DNA from: an uncultured cyanobacterium
Lineage (GTDB): Bacteria > Cyanobacteriota > Cyanobacteriia > PCC-6307 > Cyanobiaceae
DNA length: 64,000 nt
Assembly (NCBI GenBank): GCA_963765575.1
Contig: CAVXWZ010000008.1
Span: forward strand, 288,001 to 352,000
Reading direction: 5' to 3'
The notes beneath the pieces are model-generated. The model made no database searches. It was not told the origin of the DNA and saw only the letters and a program-made list of their open reading frames with translations. Numbering within the stretch: the first letter of the stretch is position 1; each line of letters begins with the position of its first letter. Of this stretch, positions 22,148 to 32,341 are shown one piece after another. The position numbers and the translations under genes are program-made.

Positions 22148-23256
22148 CCGCCTCCAGCTTCGGCCTTGCCGTTCCAGCGCCACCCGCCCGCCTGCCGGTG
22201 ACGGTGGTGACCGGCTTTCTCGGGGCTGGCAAGACCACCCTGCTGCGCCAGCTGCTGCTGGGCAGCGGCCAGCGGCTGGCCGTGCTCGTGAACGAGTTCG
22301 GAGAGGTGGGGATCGATGGCGACCTGTTGCGCAGCTGCGGCTTCTGCCCGCAGGAGGAGCTTGAGGGCCGGTTGGTGGAGCTCACCAATGGTTGCCTCTG
22401 CTGCACGGTGCAGGACGACTTTCTGCCCACCATGACCACCCTGCTGGAGCGCGCCGACCAGCTCGATGGAATCGTGGTCGAAACCAGTGGCCTGGCCCTG
22501 CCCGAACCGCTGGTGGCGGCGTTTCAGTGGCCGCAGATCCGCTCGCGCACCCGCGTCAACGGGGTGGTGACCGTGGTGGACGGCGAGGCCCTGGCGGCCG
22601 GTGCGGTGGTGGCCGACCCATCGACCCTGGACGCCCAGCGGCGGGCCGATCCCAGCCTGGATCACGCCACCGCCATCGACGAGCTGTTCGCCCAGCAACT
22701 GGCCAGCGCCGACCTGGTGCTGATCAGTCGGGCCGACTGTGTCGAGGCGGACCGGCTGGAGCAGGTGCGCGAGCGGCTGCAGGGCCTGATCCGGCCCGGT
22801 ACACCCGTGTTGCCGATGGCGCGAGGTGCCGTGCCGGCTGAGCTGGTGCTGGGGCTGGACCACCACCCCACGCAGCAGGGTGGGGCCCATCCAGACCACG
22901 AGCATGATGGCGACCACCACCATCACCACGAGCACCACCATCACGTGGCGATGGAGTCCCAGGCCCTGCGCCTGCCGGGTACGTGGCAGCGGCCTGCTGT
23001 GGAACAGGCGCTGCGCCGCCTGATCCAGGACCACGGCGTGGTGCGGCTCAAGGGCCGGCTGCGGCTCCCCGGCAAGGCCCGGGTGCTGGAACTGCAGGCG
23101 GTGGGCCCGCGTCTCGAGAGCTGGTTCAGTTCTCCGGTGGACCAGGAGCGCGATCCCGCCCCCGGCCTTGAACTGGTGCTGCTGGGCTTCCAGCTTCCGG
23201 CCAGCGGCCTGCAGGCGGCACTGGAGAGCCTGTTGGGGAAATCGCCGGCGCCCTGA
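22144..23256 (+). CDS. cobW: COG0523/CobW-family metallochaperone GTPase
   Basis: TGFLGAGKTT, NEFG, GCLCC, ETSGLA, His-rich linker. Confidence 0.85.
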   Translation: MTASSFGLAVPAPPARLPVTVVTGFLGAGKTTLLRQLLLGSGQRLAVLVNEFGEVGIDGDLLRSCGFCPQEELEGRLVELTNGCLCCTVQDDFLPTMTTLLERADQLDGIVVETSGLALPEPLVAAFQWPQIRSRTRVNGVVTVVDGEALAAGAVVADPSTLDAQRRADPSLDHATAIDELFAQQLASADLVLISRADCVEADRLEQVRERLQGLIRPGTPVLPMARGAVPAELVLGLDHHPTQQGGAHPDHEHDGDHHHHHEHHHHVAMESQALRLPGTWQRPAVEQALRRLIQDHGVVRLKGRLRLPGKARVLELQAVGPRLESWFSSPVDQERDPAPGLELVLLGFQLPASGLQAALESLLGKSPAP

Positions 23257-23259
23257 GCC

Positions 23260-23670
23260 TCAATCCAGCGGGATCTCACCCATGGCGCAGATGCCGTCCC
23301 AGCACAGGGCGGTGTCGGCGGTCCAATGGGGCTCCACGGGAATCCAGGCTTGGCTGCCGCGCCGCATCCTCACCTGCCCGCGGCCGTCGTGCTCGAACCA
23401 CACCCGCTCGCTGCCCACCACCAGGCTCCAGCGCTCGCCCAGGCTCTCGATCCGCATCAGGCAGTCCAGCCAGGGACCGCCATCCAGCCGGCACTGCAGG
23501 GCCACCGGCGGCACGAGCGGCTCGGCCCTCACCGCTGACGCGGTGAGGCTGCCGGCCAGGGGAGTGACCAGCAGCGAAATCAGCACGGCCACCAGGGTCA
23601 GGCCCCAGCGCTGGGGGGGCTGCTGGGGACTGCAGGCTGCCGGCACCGGTTCCGCCGCTTCTGCTTTCAA
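23260..23670 (-). CDS. Hypothetical exported protein (start uncertain)
   Basis: Hydrophobic N-terminus; CRLDGGPWLDC, FEHDGRG, LCWDGICA. Confidence 0.65.
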   Translation of the reverse strand: MKAEAAEPVPAACSPQQPPQRWGLTLVAVLISLLVTPLAGSLTASAVRAEPLVPPVALQCRLDGGPWLDCLMRIESLGERWSLVVGSERVWFEHDGRGQVRMRRGSQAWIPVEPHWTADTALCWDGICAMGEIPLD

Positions 23671-23735
23671 CCTGCGCCGCAGGGGGCGGCAGTCGTCCCG
23701 TGGACTGCCAAGATTTAACAAAGTCAGGCCGCTCC

Positions 23736-24008
23736 GTGCCCTCCTATTTCGCCCGCGTCCAGGTTTCGCTCAGGCCCTCGGTGCTCGATCCCGCTGGTGA
23801 GGCCACGCGGGCGGCGGCGGCCCGCCTGGGGGTGGGCGGCGTGCGCCGGCTGCGGATCGGCAAGGCCATCGAGCTGGAGCTGGAGGCCCCCGACCGCGCC
23901 ACGGCCCAGAGTCAGCTGGAGCTGCTCAGCGACCGGCTGCTGGCCAACCCCGTGATTGAGAACTGGAGTCTGGAGATCCGCGAAGCGGCCGGGGGGGAGC
24001 AGGCATGA
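23736..24008 (+). CDS. purS: FGAM synthase subunit PurS
   Basis: [22 protein letters not shown]. Confidence 0.93.
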   Translation: MPSYFARVQVSLRPSVLDPAGEATRAAAARLGVGGVRRLRIGKAIELELEAPDRATAQSQLELLSDRLLANPVIENWSLEIREAAGGEQA

Positions 24009-24658
24009 CCGTGGGCGTGGTGGTGTTCCCCGGGTCCAACTGCGATCGGGATGTGCGCTGGGCCCTGGAGGGCTGCCTGGGGCTGCCGGCGATCGATCTC
24101 TGGCACGAGCAGGAGAGCCTCACGGGCCTTGATGCCGTGGTGCTGCCCGGCGGGTTCAGCTATGGCGACTACCTGCGCTGCGGAGCCATCGCCCGCTTCT
24201 CGCCGCTGTTGCAGGCCCTGCGGCAGTTCGCCGCAGCCGGTGGCCCAGTGCTGGGTATCTGCAACGGGTTCCAGGTGCTCACCGAGATGGGCCTGCTGCC
24301 AGGAGCCCTGACCCGCAACGCCGGCCTGCACTTCATCTGCGAGCCGGCCGGACTGCAGGTGAGCCCCGGACGCTGCAGCTGGCTGCGGGACTACGGGGAG
24401 GGAGAGACCATCCAGTTGCCGATCGCCCATGGCGAAGGGCGGTATCACTGTGATGGCGAGGCCCTCCAGCGGCTGGAGGACAACGGCCAGGTGGTGCTGC
24501 GCTACACCGCCAATCCCAACGGTTCAGTGGGAGATGTGGCGGGCCTGAGCAATGCTGCCGGCAACGTGCTCGGGTTGATGCCGCACCCCGAGCGGGCCTG
24601 TGATGCCGTTACCGGTGGCCTCGATGGGGTGCGGTTGCTGCAGAGCCTGCTCCGTTGA
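24005..24658 (+). CDS. purQ: FGAM synthase subunit PurQ
   Basis: [32 protein letters not shown]. Confidence 0.96.
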   Translation: MTVGVVVFPGSNCDRDVRWALEGCLGLPAIDLWHEQESLTGLDAVVLPGGFSYGDYLRCGAIARFSPLLQALRQFAAAGGPVLGICNGFQVLTEMGLLPGALTRNAGLHFICEPAGLQVSPGRCSWLRDYGEGETIQLPIAHGEGRYHCDGEALQRLEDNGQVVLRYTANPNGSVGDVAGLSNAAGNVLGLMPHPERACDAVTGGLDGVRLLQSLLR

Positions 24659-24696
24659 TGTCCAAGGGGGGCCTCAGGCCCCCACCGACGTGCCGG

Positions 24697-25287
24697 TCAG
24701 TTCACGGCCGCGAAGAAGTCCTTGGACTTCACGGGGTCGGGATTCATCGTCTTGTCGCCGGGCTGCCAGTTGGCGGGGCACACCTCATCGGGGTGGCTCT
24801 GCACGTACTGGAAGGCCTGCAGCACCCGCAGGGTTTCATCGACGCTGCGGCCCACGGGCAGGTTGTTGATCGTGCTGTGCATGATCACGCCCTCGGGATC
24901 GATGATGAACAGGCCACGCAGGGCAACGCCGGCCTCCTCATCAAGAACTTCGTAGGCGCGGGCGATCTCCTTCTTGAGATCGGCCACGAGGGGGTAGCTG
25001 ATGTCACCCAGGCCGCCGTTCTTGCGGTCGGTCTGCACCCAGGCCAGGTGGCTGAACTCACTGTCCACCGAGACACCCAGCACTTCGGTGTTCTTGCTGG
25101 TGAAGTCGCCGTAGCGGTCGGAGAAGGCCGTGATCTCCGTGGGGCACACGAAGGTGAAGTCGAGGGGATAGAAGAACAGCACCACGTACTTGCCGCGGTA
25201 CTGGCTGAGGGACACGGTCTGGAACTCCTGGTCCACCACAGCCGTGGCGGTGAAGTCGGGGGCCTGAAGACCGACGAGTCGGGTCAT
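24697..25287 (-). CDS. 2-Cys peroxiredoxin (AhpC/Prx1)
   Basis: [24 protein letters not shown]. Confidence 0.95.
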   Translation of the reverse strand: MTRLVGLQAPDFTATAVVDQEFQTVSLSQYRGKYVVLFFYPLDFTFVCPTEITAFSDRYGDFTSKNTEVLGVSVDSEFSHLAWVQTDRKNGGLGDISYPLVADLKKEIARAYEVLDEEAGVALRGLFIIDPEGVIMHSTINNLPVGRSVDETLRVLQAFQYVQSHPDEVCPANWQPGDKTMNPDPVKSKDFFAAVN

Positions 25288-25428
25288 GCTCGGTGGGATG
25301 GGTGAAGGGGGCTGACGGGTCTGGAGAGTCGGCGGGGCGTGGTGCGATCCGGAGTGGGGCCGTCGCCAGCCCTGGAGCAAGCCCCAGGCGAAGCGGCGAC
25401 GGGCCTGAGAGTCGAGGCTCGATCGCAG

Positions 25429-25476
25429 GGTGGCCGAATTGCGAGGTGGCCAGCTTGCGAGATGGCCAGATTGCGG
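25429..25476. repeat. Degenerate 16-bp tandem repeat x3
   Basis: GGTGGCCGAATTGCGA/GGTGGCCAGCTTGCGA/GATGGCCAGATTGCGG. Confidence 0.75.
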
Positions 25477-25568
25477 GGAGGGCAGATCATTGGCTGGCCC
25501 GTAGACCAGAGCCGGCCCGAGGGCAGATCGGCTCCAGCAAGCGGGCCACCCCGATCCTTCCACCAACG

Positions 25569-25613
25569 TCAGATCGAGATCACTCAGATCGACATCACTC
25601 AGATCGACATCAC
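25569..25613. repeat. 15-bp tandem repeat x3
   Basis: TCAGATCGAGATCAC/TCAGATCGACATCAC/TCAGATCGACATCAC. Confidence 0.9.
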
Positions 25614-25636
25614 AAAGGCGAACTCGTACCGACTTC

Positions 25637-25665
25637 CAGTTGTCTTTAACAATTTATCACAACTG
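25637..25665. promoter_or_regulatory. AT-rich inverted repeat, candidate operator/promoter
   Basis: CAGTTGT-15nt(AT-rich)-ACAACTG, 45 bp upstream of the small ORF at 25710. Confidence 0.4.
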
Positions 25666-25709
25666 CCCTGGGGCAGGGCCATAGGCTGGGCCCACAGCAG
25701 CACTGCTCC

Positions 25710-25934
25710 ATGGCCTGGGATCCCGCCGTCTTGCGCAAACACAACAGCACCAGCCACTTCCGTCTGCTCACGCAGCTGCGCAACGAACTGCGCGATGCCC
25801 CCCTGGTGCGGCCGAAGGAGGGTGAGCGCATCGGCGAAGTGAACCGCAGCAAATCGATGGTGCGCGCTGTCGAGAACAAGATCGCCAGCATGGCCCGCAA
25901 CCGGCGCTCCGGCGGCTCCGACCAGCGCCGCTGA
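25710..25934 (+). CDS. Small basic hypothetical protein (74 aa)
   Basis: MAWDPAVLRKHNSTSHFRLLTQLRNEL resembles a picocyanobacterial conserved hypothetical; coding-like codon use. Confidence 0.7.
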   Translation: MAWDPAVLRKHNSTSHFRLLTQLRNELRDAPLVRPKEGERIGEVNRSKSMVRAVENKIASMARNRRSGGSDQRR

Positions 25935-26028
25935 GCGCCCAGCTACACCCCTCCCCGGGGCCCCAGCCGGCCCGGCGGCCCCACCCGGGGATCCTGTCCG
26001 CCCGGCGTCCTCAGCCCGCCCTCTTGCC

Positions 26029-26880
26029 ATGGCCCTGGTTCAGCGCGACCTTCCTTACCCCCACTGGGAGTTCAGGGATCCAGACAGTGGCGACCTGCTG
26101 CGGCTGGTGCCCGAACGCGGCGGCCTGATCAGCGGTTGGCTCAGTGGCGGCCGCGAACGCCTCTACCTGGATGAGGATCGTTTCCGGGATCCGTCCCTAT
26201 CGGTGCGGGGTGGCATTCCCGTGCTGTTTCCCATCTGCGGCGGCCTGCCCGGTGGGGTGCTGCCCCTGCCCCAGGGGCGCTTTGCCCTGCCCCAGCATGG
26301 CTTTGCCCGCGACATGCCCTGGCGGATGCGCCCCCTCGACGACGGTCGCGGCGTCGCCCTGGAGCTGGAACACTGCGGCGCCACGCTGGCGCTCTACCCC
26401 TACCGCTTCCGCCTGCAGCTGGAACTGCGGCTCGCGCCGCGCAGTCTGGAGATCACCGCAGTGGTGCACAACCAGGACGAGCTCACCATGCCCTTCTGCT
26501 TTGGGCTGCATCCCTATTTCAGGGTCGCCGACCTGGCCACGGCGCGGGTCGAGGGGCTGCCAGCCCGCGGCCTCGATCAGCTCACCGGCCAGCCCTGCGA
26601 CAACAACCAGCAGCTCGACCTGCTGGCTGAGGGCATCGACCTGCTGGCCGGGGCCGCCCCGAGCGTGCGGCTGCTGGATCCCCGCGCCAGCACCGCGGTG
26701 GAGCTGGAGACCAGCGCTCCCCTGGATCTGGTGGTGATCTGGAGTGATCCCCCCAGGCCGATGGTGTGCCTGGAACCGTGGACAGCCCCCCGCGGCGCCC
26801 TGGTCAGTGGCGACCGCCGACTGGAGCTGGCACCGGGCGGCAACACTCGGCTGCACTGCCACTACCGCGCGCTGGCCTGA
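26029..26880 (+). CDS. Aldose 1-epimerase/galactose mutarotase family
   Basis: RGGIPVLFP, QHGFAR, GLHPYF, VCLEPW. Confidence 0.9.
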   Translation: MALVQRDLPYPHWEFRDPDSGDLLRLVPERGGLISGWLSGGRERLYLDEDRFRDPSLSVRGGIPVLFPICGGLPGGVLPLPQGRFALPQHGFARDMPWRMRPLDDGRGVALELEHCGATLALYPYRFRLQLELRLAPRSLEITAVVHNQDELTMPFCFGLHPYFRVADLATARVEGLPARGLDQLTGQPCDNNQQLDLLAEGIDLLAGAAPSVRLLDPRASTAVELETSAPLDLVVIWSDPPRPMVCLEPWTAPRGALVSGDRRLELAPGGNTRLHCHYRALA

Positions 26881-26957
26881 GGCCGGGCGGCAGCGCCACA
26901 GCGACCGCCGAAGCGAGCGCCACAGCGATCGGCCCAGGCTTGCAACTGTGCCTTGCT

Positions 26958-27015
26958 ATTGAGAGTCGCTTGCAAAAGGGCCCCCGGACGGCCTAGGTTG
27001 CGATCAGTTCTCAAC
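26958..27015. promoter_or_regulatory. Two candidate Fur-type boxes upstream of the Crp-family gene
   Basis: ATTGAGAGTCGCTTGCAAA (26958-26976) and GTTGCGATCAGTTCTCAAC (26997-27015); both carry a TTGAGA half-site, in inverted orientation. Confidence 0.5.
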
Positions 27016-27034
27016 AAGCAGCGCTGCACTCGTG

Positions 27035-27628
27035 ATGGGCTTCCGTTTTCTGCCAGACGATGCCGTGGCTGCCGTGCGCGTCCCCGCTGGTCAGTCCGTG
27101 CTGATCGACGCCAGCCCGCACTCCGCCAGCAACTCGATCGAGGTGCTCGAAGGGATGGCCCGGGTGTACTGCCCCTGCGAGGAAACCGAAGGCATGACCA
27201 TCGCCTTCCTGCAGCCCGGCGATCAGCTGCGCACTGATCGTCTCTGCAGCGAGGGCGTCTGCGTGGAGGCCCTCACGCCCCTGTGCTTCCGCAACCACGG
27301 CGAGGTGTCCGACCGGCAGGGCTTCGATGCCGTCAACGAATGGACATTGCAGTTGCTGCGCATTCGCCACCTGGGCTCCGCCGAACAGCGGCTGCATGCC
27401 CTGCTGGCCCTGCTGGTCAACCGCCTGGGTCGGCGCTGCGGCGCCTGGTGCGACCTGCCCTTCCGCCTCACCCATGAGCGCATCGGCGAGCTGATCGGCA
27501 CCACCCGCGTCACCACCACCCGTCTGATCTCCCGCTTCCGCCATGCCCAGTTGATCGAGGTGCCCAGCGGGACCTCCGGATTGCGGCTGGCACCGGCCCT
27601 GATCGAATCCGCCCCCCTGGCGGCCTGA
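27035..27628 (+). CDS. Crp/Fnr-family transcriptional regulator
   Basis: AEQRL, C-terminal HTH LTHERIGELIGTTRVTTTRLI; Cys-rich sensor domain. Confidence 0.88.
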   Translation: MGFRFLPDDAVAAVRVPAGQSVLIDASPHSASNSIEVLEGMARVYCPCEETEGMTIAFLQPGDQLRTDRLCSEGVCVEALTPLCFRNHGEVSDRQGFDAVNEWTLQLLRIRHLGSAEQRLHALLALLVNRLGRRCGAWCDLPFRLTHERIGELIGTTRVTTTRLISRFRHAQLIEVPSGTSGLRLAPALIESAPLAA

Positions 27629-27921
27629 TGCGCCGATCCACACCGGCCAGCGTCTCCGCCTGCTGCCGCACGGCAGACAGCCTCATCGGCAGCCTCTGCC
27701 GCGAAGCGGAGGCCAGCCGCCAACGCTGCCATCAGCTCCAGCACTGCCTGCAGGGCTGCCTGGATTCACGGCTGTTCTCGCGCCTGCAGGGCGAGCGTGA
27801 TCAGCTGCATCAGCGCCGCCAAGAGCTGCTGGCCACGGCCCGGAGCTGGCGGACCAGAGGCGCCGGTGACCCTCTGGCCCTGGCCTTTCTGATCGAGCTC
27901 TGCAGCCGCCCACCGGCCTGA
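27628..27921 (+). CDS. Hypothetical protein, translationally coupled to the Crp gene
   Basis: TGATG stop/start overlap; helical with several Cys. Confidence 0.65.
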   Translation: MRRSTPASVSACCRTADSLIGSLCREAEASRQRCHQLQHCLQGCLDSRLFSRLQGERDQLHQRRQELLATARSWRTRGAGDPLALAFLIELCSRPPA

Positions 27922-27950
27922 TGGCGCGCTGAGCGGAGGCGCTGGGGGGC

Positions 27951-28547
27951 TCAGGCCAGGAGAGCGGGGCTGTGCTCGCCAGCACTCAGCTCACCGTCGA
28001 TCACCAGCAGGGCGGCCGGTTGATGCTGGGCAAAACGCACCCGACCCAGCAGGTGGGCCGCCTGGTTTTCGGCCTGCAGCTGCTGATCCACCACCGGATC
28101 GAGGAACACCGTGGTGCGCACGTCACCGCAGCGCTCGGCCAGGCCATAGAGCTGCTGCAACGAACTGGTGACATCGGTCTCCAGCTGGAACACGGCCGCG
28201 AAGATCTCTTCGGCGCCGCTCCAGCTCTGGCGAGGGGCGGCGAGCCCTTCGAGCACCACGCTCTGACCGCGGGCGATCAGGTAGTCGGCCACATGGGCGG
28301 CATGGCTCTGCTCGTCCAGCGACTCCTGCTTCAGGTAGCCGGAAAAGCCCCGCAGCTCCCGCTCGGCGAACCAGATCGCCAGGGCGAAGTAGGCGGCGCT
28401 GGCCTGGCGCTCCAGGGTGAGGTGCTGCTGAAGTGCCTCGACCAGAGAGGCCTCCATGGGTTGGGCCATGGCCCGACCGGCCGGTCCCAGGGCCGGGGCG
28501 CCCGTGACGTTGGCCGGGCTGCTGCCGGTGCTGGTGAGGGACGTCAA
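27951..28547 (-). CDS. ftn: Ferritin (start TTG 28547 or ATG 28469)
   Basis: ERQASAAY, ESLDEQSHA, FQLETDVT, LYGLAE, FLDP..DQQ ferroxidase pattern. Confidence 0.88.
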   Translation of the reverse strand: MTSLTSTGSSPANVTGAPALGPAGRAMAQPMEASLVEALQQHLTLERQASAAYFALAIWFAERELRGFSGYLKQESLDEQSHAAHVADYLIARGQSVVLEGLAAPRQSWSGAEEIFAAVFQLETDVTSSLQQLYGLAERCGDVRTTVFLDPVVDQQLQAENQAAHLLGRVRFAQHQPAALLVIDGELSAGEHSPALLA

Positions 28548-28589
28548 GGGGGGCGGTGCGAGGGGCAGACGCCTTGTCAGCGAAGGCGC

Positions 28590-28603
28590 GTAACAAAAGA
28601 TAC
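28590..28603. promoter_or_regulatory. GTA-N8-TAC (NtcA-type) site upstream of ferritin
   Basis: GTAACAAAAGATAC; AT-rich island in GC-rich context; overlaps a TATCTT -10-like hexamer on the minus strand. Confidence 0.6.
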
Positions 28604-28774
28604 CCAGCCTGGGGCGCCATGGTGGGGGTTGCGGGGCCCAGTCGGGAGCGGCCCCTGACCCCTCAGCCAGTGACGACCCGCCCCACGCTCGTGAGCCAAA
28701 TGCGAAGCCAGCCTGTAGCCCGCTGGCAGGCAGCTTGAATGTCAAGCAAGCTGAATCGAGTCCAGCTGTATGCC

Positions 28775-29140
28775 ATGCACAGCGACACGCCGGCCGGCCT
28801 GATGCCCGCACCCCCGGCGCCAGCACGCCTTGCGGGGCTGGGCCCGGCCCCTGCCGATCTCTCCTCCTCCAGCTGCAACACGGTTCTCGTGCTCACCCCC
28901 CGCAGCTTCCACGACGCCCGCAGGGTGATCGAGGCGGTTCGGGACAACCGCACCGTGCTGGTGAACTCGGCCTGGCTGGAGGACAGCCCCGGCCAGCGGC
29001 TGATCGATTTCGCCTGCGGCGGTATCACCGCGATCTGCGGTCAGGTGCACCGCATCGCCGAGGAGGTGTTCCTGTTCGCCCCCGCTGCGGTGAGGGTCGC
29101 AGGCGATGGCAGCAGCGGCACCCCTGGCCACGGCGCCTGA
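28775..29140 (+). CDS. SepF-family protein (short form)
   Basis: PRSFHDA, TVLVN, QRLIDFACGG, RIAEEVFLFAP. Confidence 0.78.
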   Translation: MHSDTPAGLMPAPPAPARLAGLGPAPADLSSSSCNTVLVLTPRSFHDARRVIEAVRDNRTVLVNSAWLEDSPGQRLIDFACGGITAICGQVHRIAEEVFLFAPAAVRVAGDGSSGTPGHGA

Positions 29141-29748
29141 CGCTATGGCCATAGGGGCTTATCCGGAATGAGTATGGGTTAGCATCTGGGCCACGCCGGC
29201 TTGCCGGCTCCAGTCCCATCGCCCCCCTCCTGAACCATGGCCGCTCTCGATCGCGTTCCCAGCGTCACCTTCAAGACCCGCGTGCGGGATGAGTCCGTGC
29301 CTGGGCCCAACCCCTACCGCTGGCAGGACCTCACCAGCGATGAGATCTTCAAGGGCAAGAAGGTGGTGCTGTTCGCCCTGCCCGGAGCCTTCACCCCCAC
29401 CTGCTCCTCCAGCCACCTGCCCCGCTACGAAGAGCTCCATGAGGAGTTTCGGGCCCACGGGGTCGATCGGATCATCTGCCTCTCGGTGAACGACGCCTTC
29501 GTGATGTTCCAGTGGGGCAAGCAGGTGGGGGCCAAGAACGTCGTCCTGCTGCCCGATGGCAACGGTGAATTCACCCGCAAGATGGGCATGCTGGTCGACA
29601 AGTCAAACCTTGGCTTCGGTCTGCGCTCCTGGCGCTATTCGATGCTCGTCAACGACGGCCAGATCGAGAAGGTCTTTCTGGAGCCTGAATTCGGGGACAA
29701 CTGCCCGATTGATCCCTTCGAGACCTCCGACGCCGACACCATGCTGGC

Positions 29749-30516
<768 letters not shown>

Positions 30517-30563
30517 CGGGGAGGCTCTCGGTGACGGGGTTCTAACGCAGGCCCCGCCTGCCA

Positions 30564-31088
30564 TCAGCGCTGGGCGATCAACTCGCCAAGGGCGGCCGTG
30601 GGGGCGGGGCCGAGCACCAGGGTCGTCCGCTCGCCGTTGCTGAGGGGGATGCGAAGCACCACCGGCCCCTCCGCCCGGGGCGGGCTGGTGAGCGGATCGA
30701 GGCCGAACTGGGCGCTCTCAGGCGGCAGCTCCTGGGTGTCGGGGGGCACCAGTTCGTTGCTGCGGTTGGGCAGACGCCAGGTGCCGGCGAAGGCATCGGC
30801 CAGCTCCAGCGGCAAGCGGTGACTCGGTGAGCCTCCCTGGCCCGCTGGGGCGCTGAGGGCGGTGAGCCGCAGCCGGGCACCGGCGGGGTAGGCCGGATCG
30901 GGCTGGGCAAAGAGGCTCAGCACCCAGCGCTGCTCCTGTCGATCACTCAGGGTCCAGCGTCCTGGAGGGTCGGCGGCCCAGAGGACTGCGGGTTGAAGCA
31001 GCAGGGCCATCAGCACCAGGGCGCCAGTCACCAGGGCGGCGCTGCGGCGCCGCCAGCGCCTCGCCACCCGTGCATACAACGACGTCAT
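30564..31088 (-). CDS. Hypothetical exported protein (possibly DUF3122-like)
   Basis: Signal-like N-terminus; [17 protein letters not shown]. Confidence 0.55.
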   Translation of the reverse strand: MTSLYARVARRWRRRSAALVTGALVLMALLLQPAVLWAADPPGRWTLSDRQEQRWVLSLFAQPDPAYPAGARLRLTALSAPAGQGGSPSHRLPLELADAFAGTWRLPNRSNELVPPDTQELPPESAQFGLDPLTSPPRAEGPVVLRIPLSNGERTTLVLGPAPTAALGELIAQR

Positions 31089-31136
31089 TGGCTGCTCTCT
31101 ATGCGGCTATAGTCATACCAGAGCCACCGCATCGCC

Positions 31137-32258
31137 ATGGCCTCCGCTCCGCACGCTCCCATCTCCCTGGTCGCCGCCGCCGGCGCTGGCCCGCTGCTGA
31201 TCCGGCAGCTGTTCGATGCCGAAACCGGCACGTTCACCTATCTGCTTGCCGATGCACGCAGCCGCCAAGGGCTGATCATCGACACGGTGTTCGAGCAGCA
31301 CCGGCGCGATCTCTCCCTGGTTCGGGAGCTGGACGTCGAACTGCTGGCCTGCCTCGACACCCACGTGCATGCCGACCACGTCACCGGCAGTTGGCTGATG
31401 CATACCGCCACCGGTTGTGGGATCGGCTTGGCCGCCGCCGGCGGGGCCGACAACGTCACCATGCCGCTGCGCCATGGTGATCGCGTGGGCTTTGGTGAGC
31501 GCCATCTGGAGGTGCGCAGCACCCCGGGCCACACCGATGGCTGCCTCACCTATGTGCTCGACGACCAGTCGCTGGCCTTCACCGGCGACGCCCTGCTGGT
31601 GCGGGGTTGCGGGCGCTGCGATTTCCAGCAGGGCAATGCCCACACCCTGTGGAACTCCATCAGCGAGCAGATCTTCAGCCTGCCCGATGCCTGCCAGCTT
31701 TACCCCGGCCACGACTACACCGGCCGCAGCGTCACCTCGGTGGTGGAGGAGAAGGCCTTCAACATCCGTCTGGGGGCCGGCGCCACGGCGCGCGATTTCG
31801 TGGGCCACATGGACAACATGGACCTGCCGCACCCGCACCGCATCGCCGAGGCGCTGCCGGGCAACCTGCGTTCCGGCAAACCCCGCGAAGCGCCGGCAGC
31901 CCCGGACTGGGCGCCCCTATTCCGCAGCTATGCCGGCCTGCCCGAGCTGACCCCGGCCTGGGTGGCGGCCCATCGCCCGGACGTGACCATCCTCGACGTG
32001 CGCTCCGATGAGGAGCTGGACGGGCCCGACGGCTACGTGGCCGGCACTGTGGCCATCCCGCTGCCGGATCTGGCCCGGCGCCAGGGGGAGATTCCCGTGG
32101 GCCGGCCGGTGGTGGTGGTGTGCCATTCGGGCAGCCGCTCCGCCCTCGCCACCCAGCAACTGCTCAAGGCGGGGCACAGCGAGGTGGCCAACCTGCGCGG
32201 AGGCCTGCGCCGCTGGGCCGACGAGGGCTACCCCCTGGAGGTTCCCCAGCTGAGCTGA
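31137..32258 (+). CDS. Persulfide dioxygenase (ETHE1-like MBL fold) fused to a C-terminal rhodanese
   Basis: RQLFD, THVHADH, TPGHT, GDALLVRGCGRCDFQ, PGHDY; ILDVR and CHSGSRS. Confidence 0.9.
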   Translation: MASAPHAPISLVAAAGAGPLLIRQLFDAETGTFTYLLADARSRQGLIIDTVFEQHRRDLSLVRELDVELLACLDTHVHADHVTGSWLMHTATGCGIGLAAAGGADNVTMPLRHGDRVGFGERHLEVRSTPGHTDGCLTYVLDDQSLAFTGDALLVRGCGRCDFQQGNAHTLWNSISEQIFSLPDACQLYPGHDYTGRSVTSVVEEKAFNIRLGAGATARDFVGHMDNMDLPHPHRIAEALPGNLRSGKPREAPAAPDWAPLFRSYAGLPELTPAWVAAHRPDVTILDVRSDEELDGPDGYVAGTVAIPLPDLARRQGEIPVGRPVVVVCHSGSRSALATQQLLKAGHSEVANLRGGLRRWADEGYPLEVPQLS

Positions 32259-32341
32259 CAGACCTTCACCCGTCGTCCGCACTGGCTTTTCAACGGCCCA
32301 CGGCATTCAGCTTCGTCCTCGTCTCACCAGTCCCAACCCCC

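Noticed and set aside
22860..22950. His-codon-rich repeat in cobW
   Set aside because: Normal His-rich linker of COG0523 proteins
25569..25613. Possible CRISPR array
   Set aside because: 15-bp head-to-tail units with no spacers and no cas genes
29158..29180. PerR-like box upstream of type II Prx
   Set aside because: Only a weak pseudo-palindrome; insufficient support
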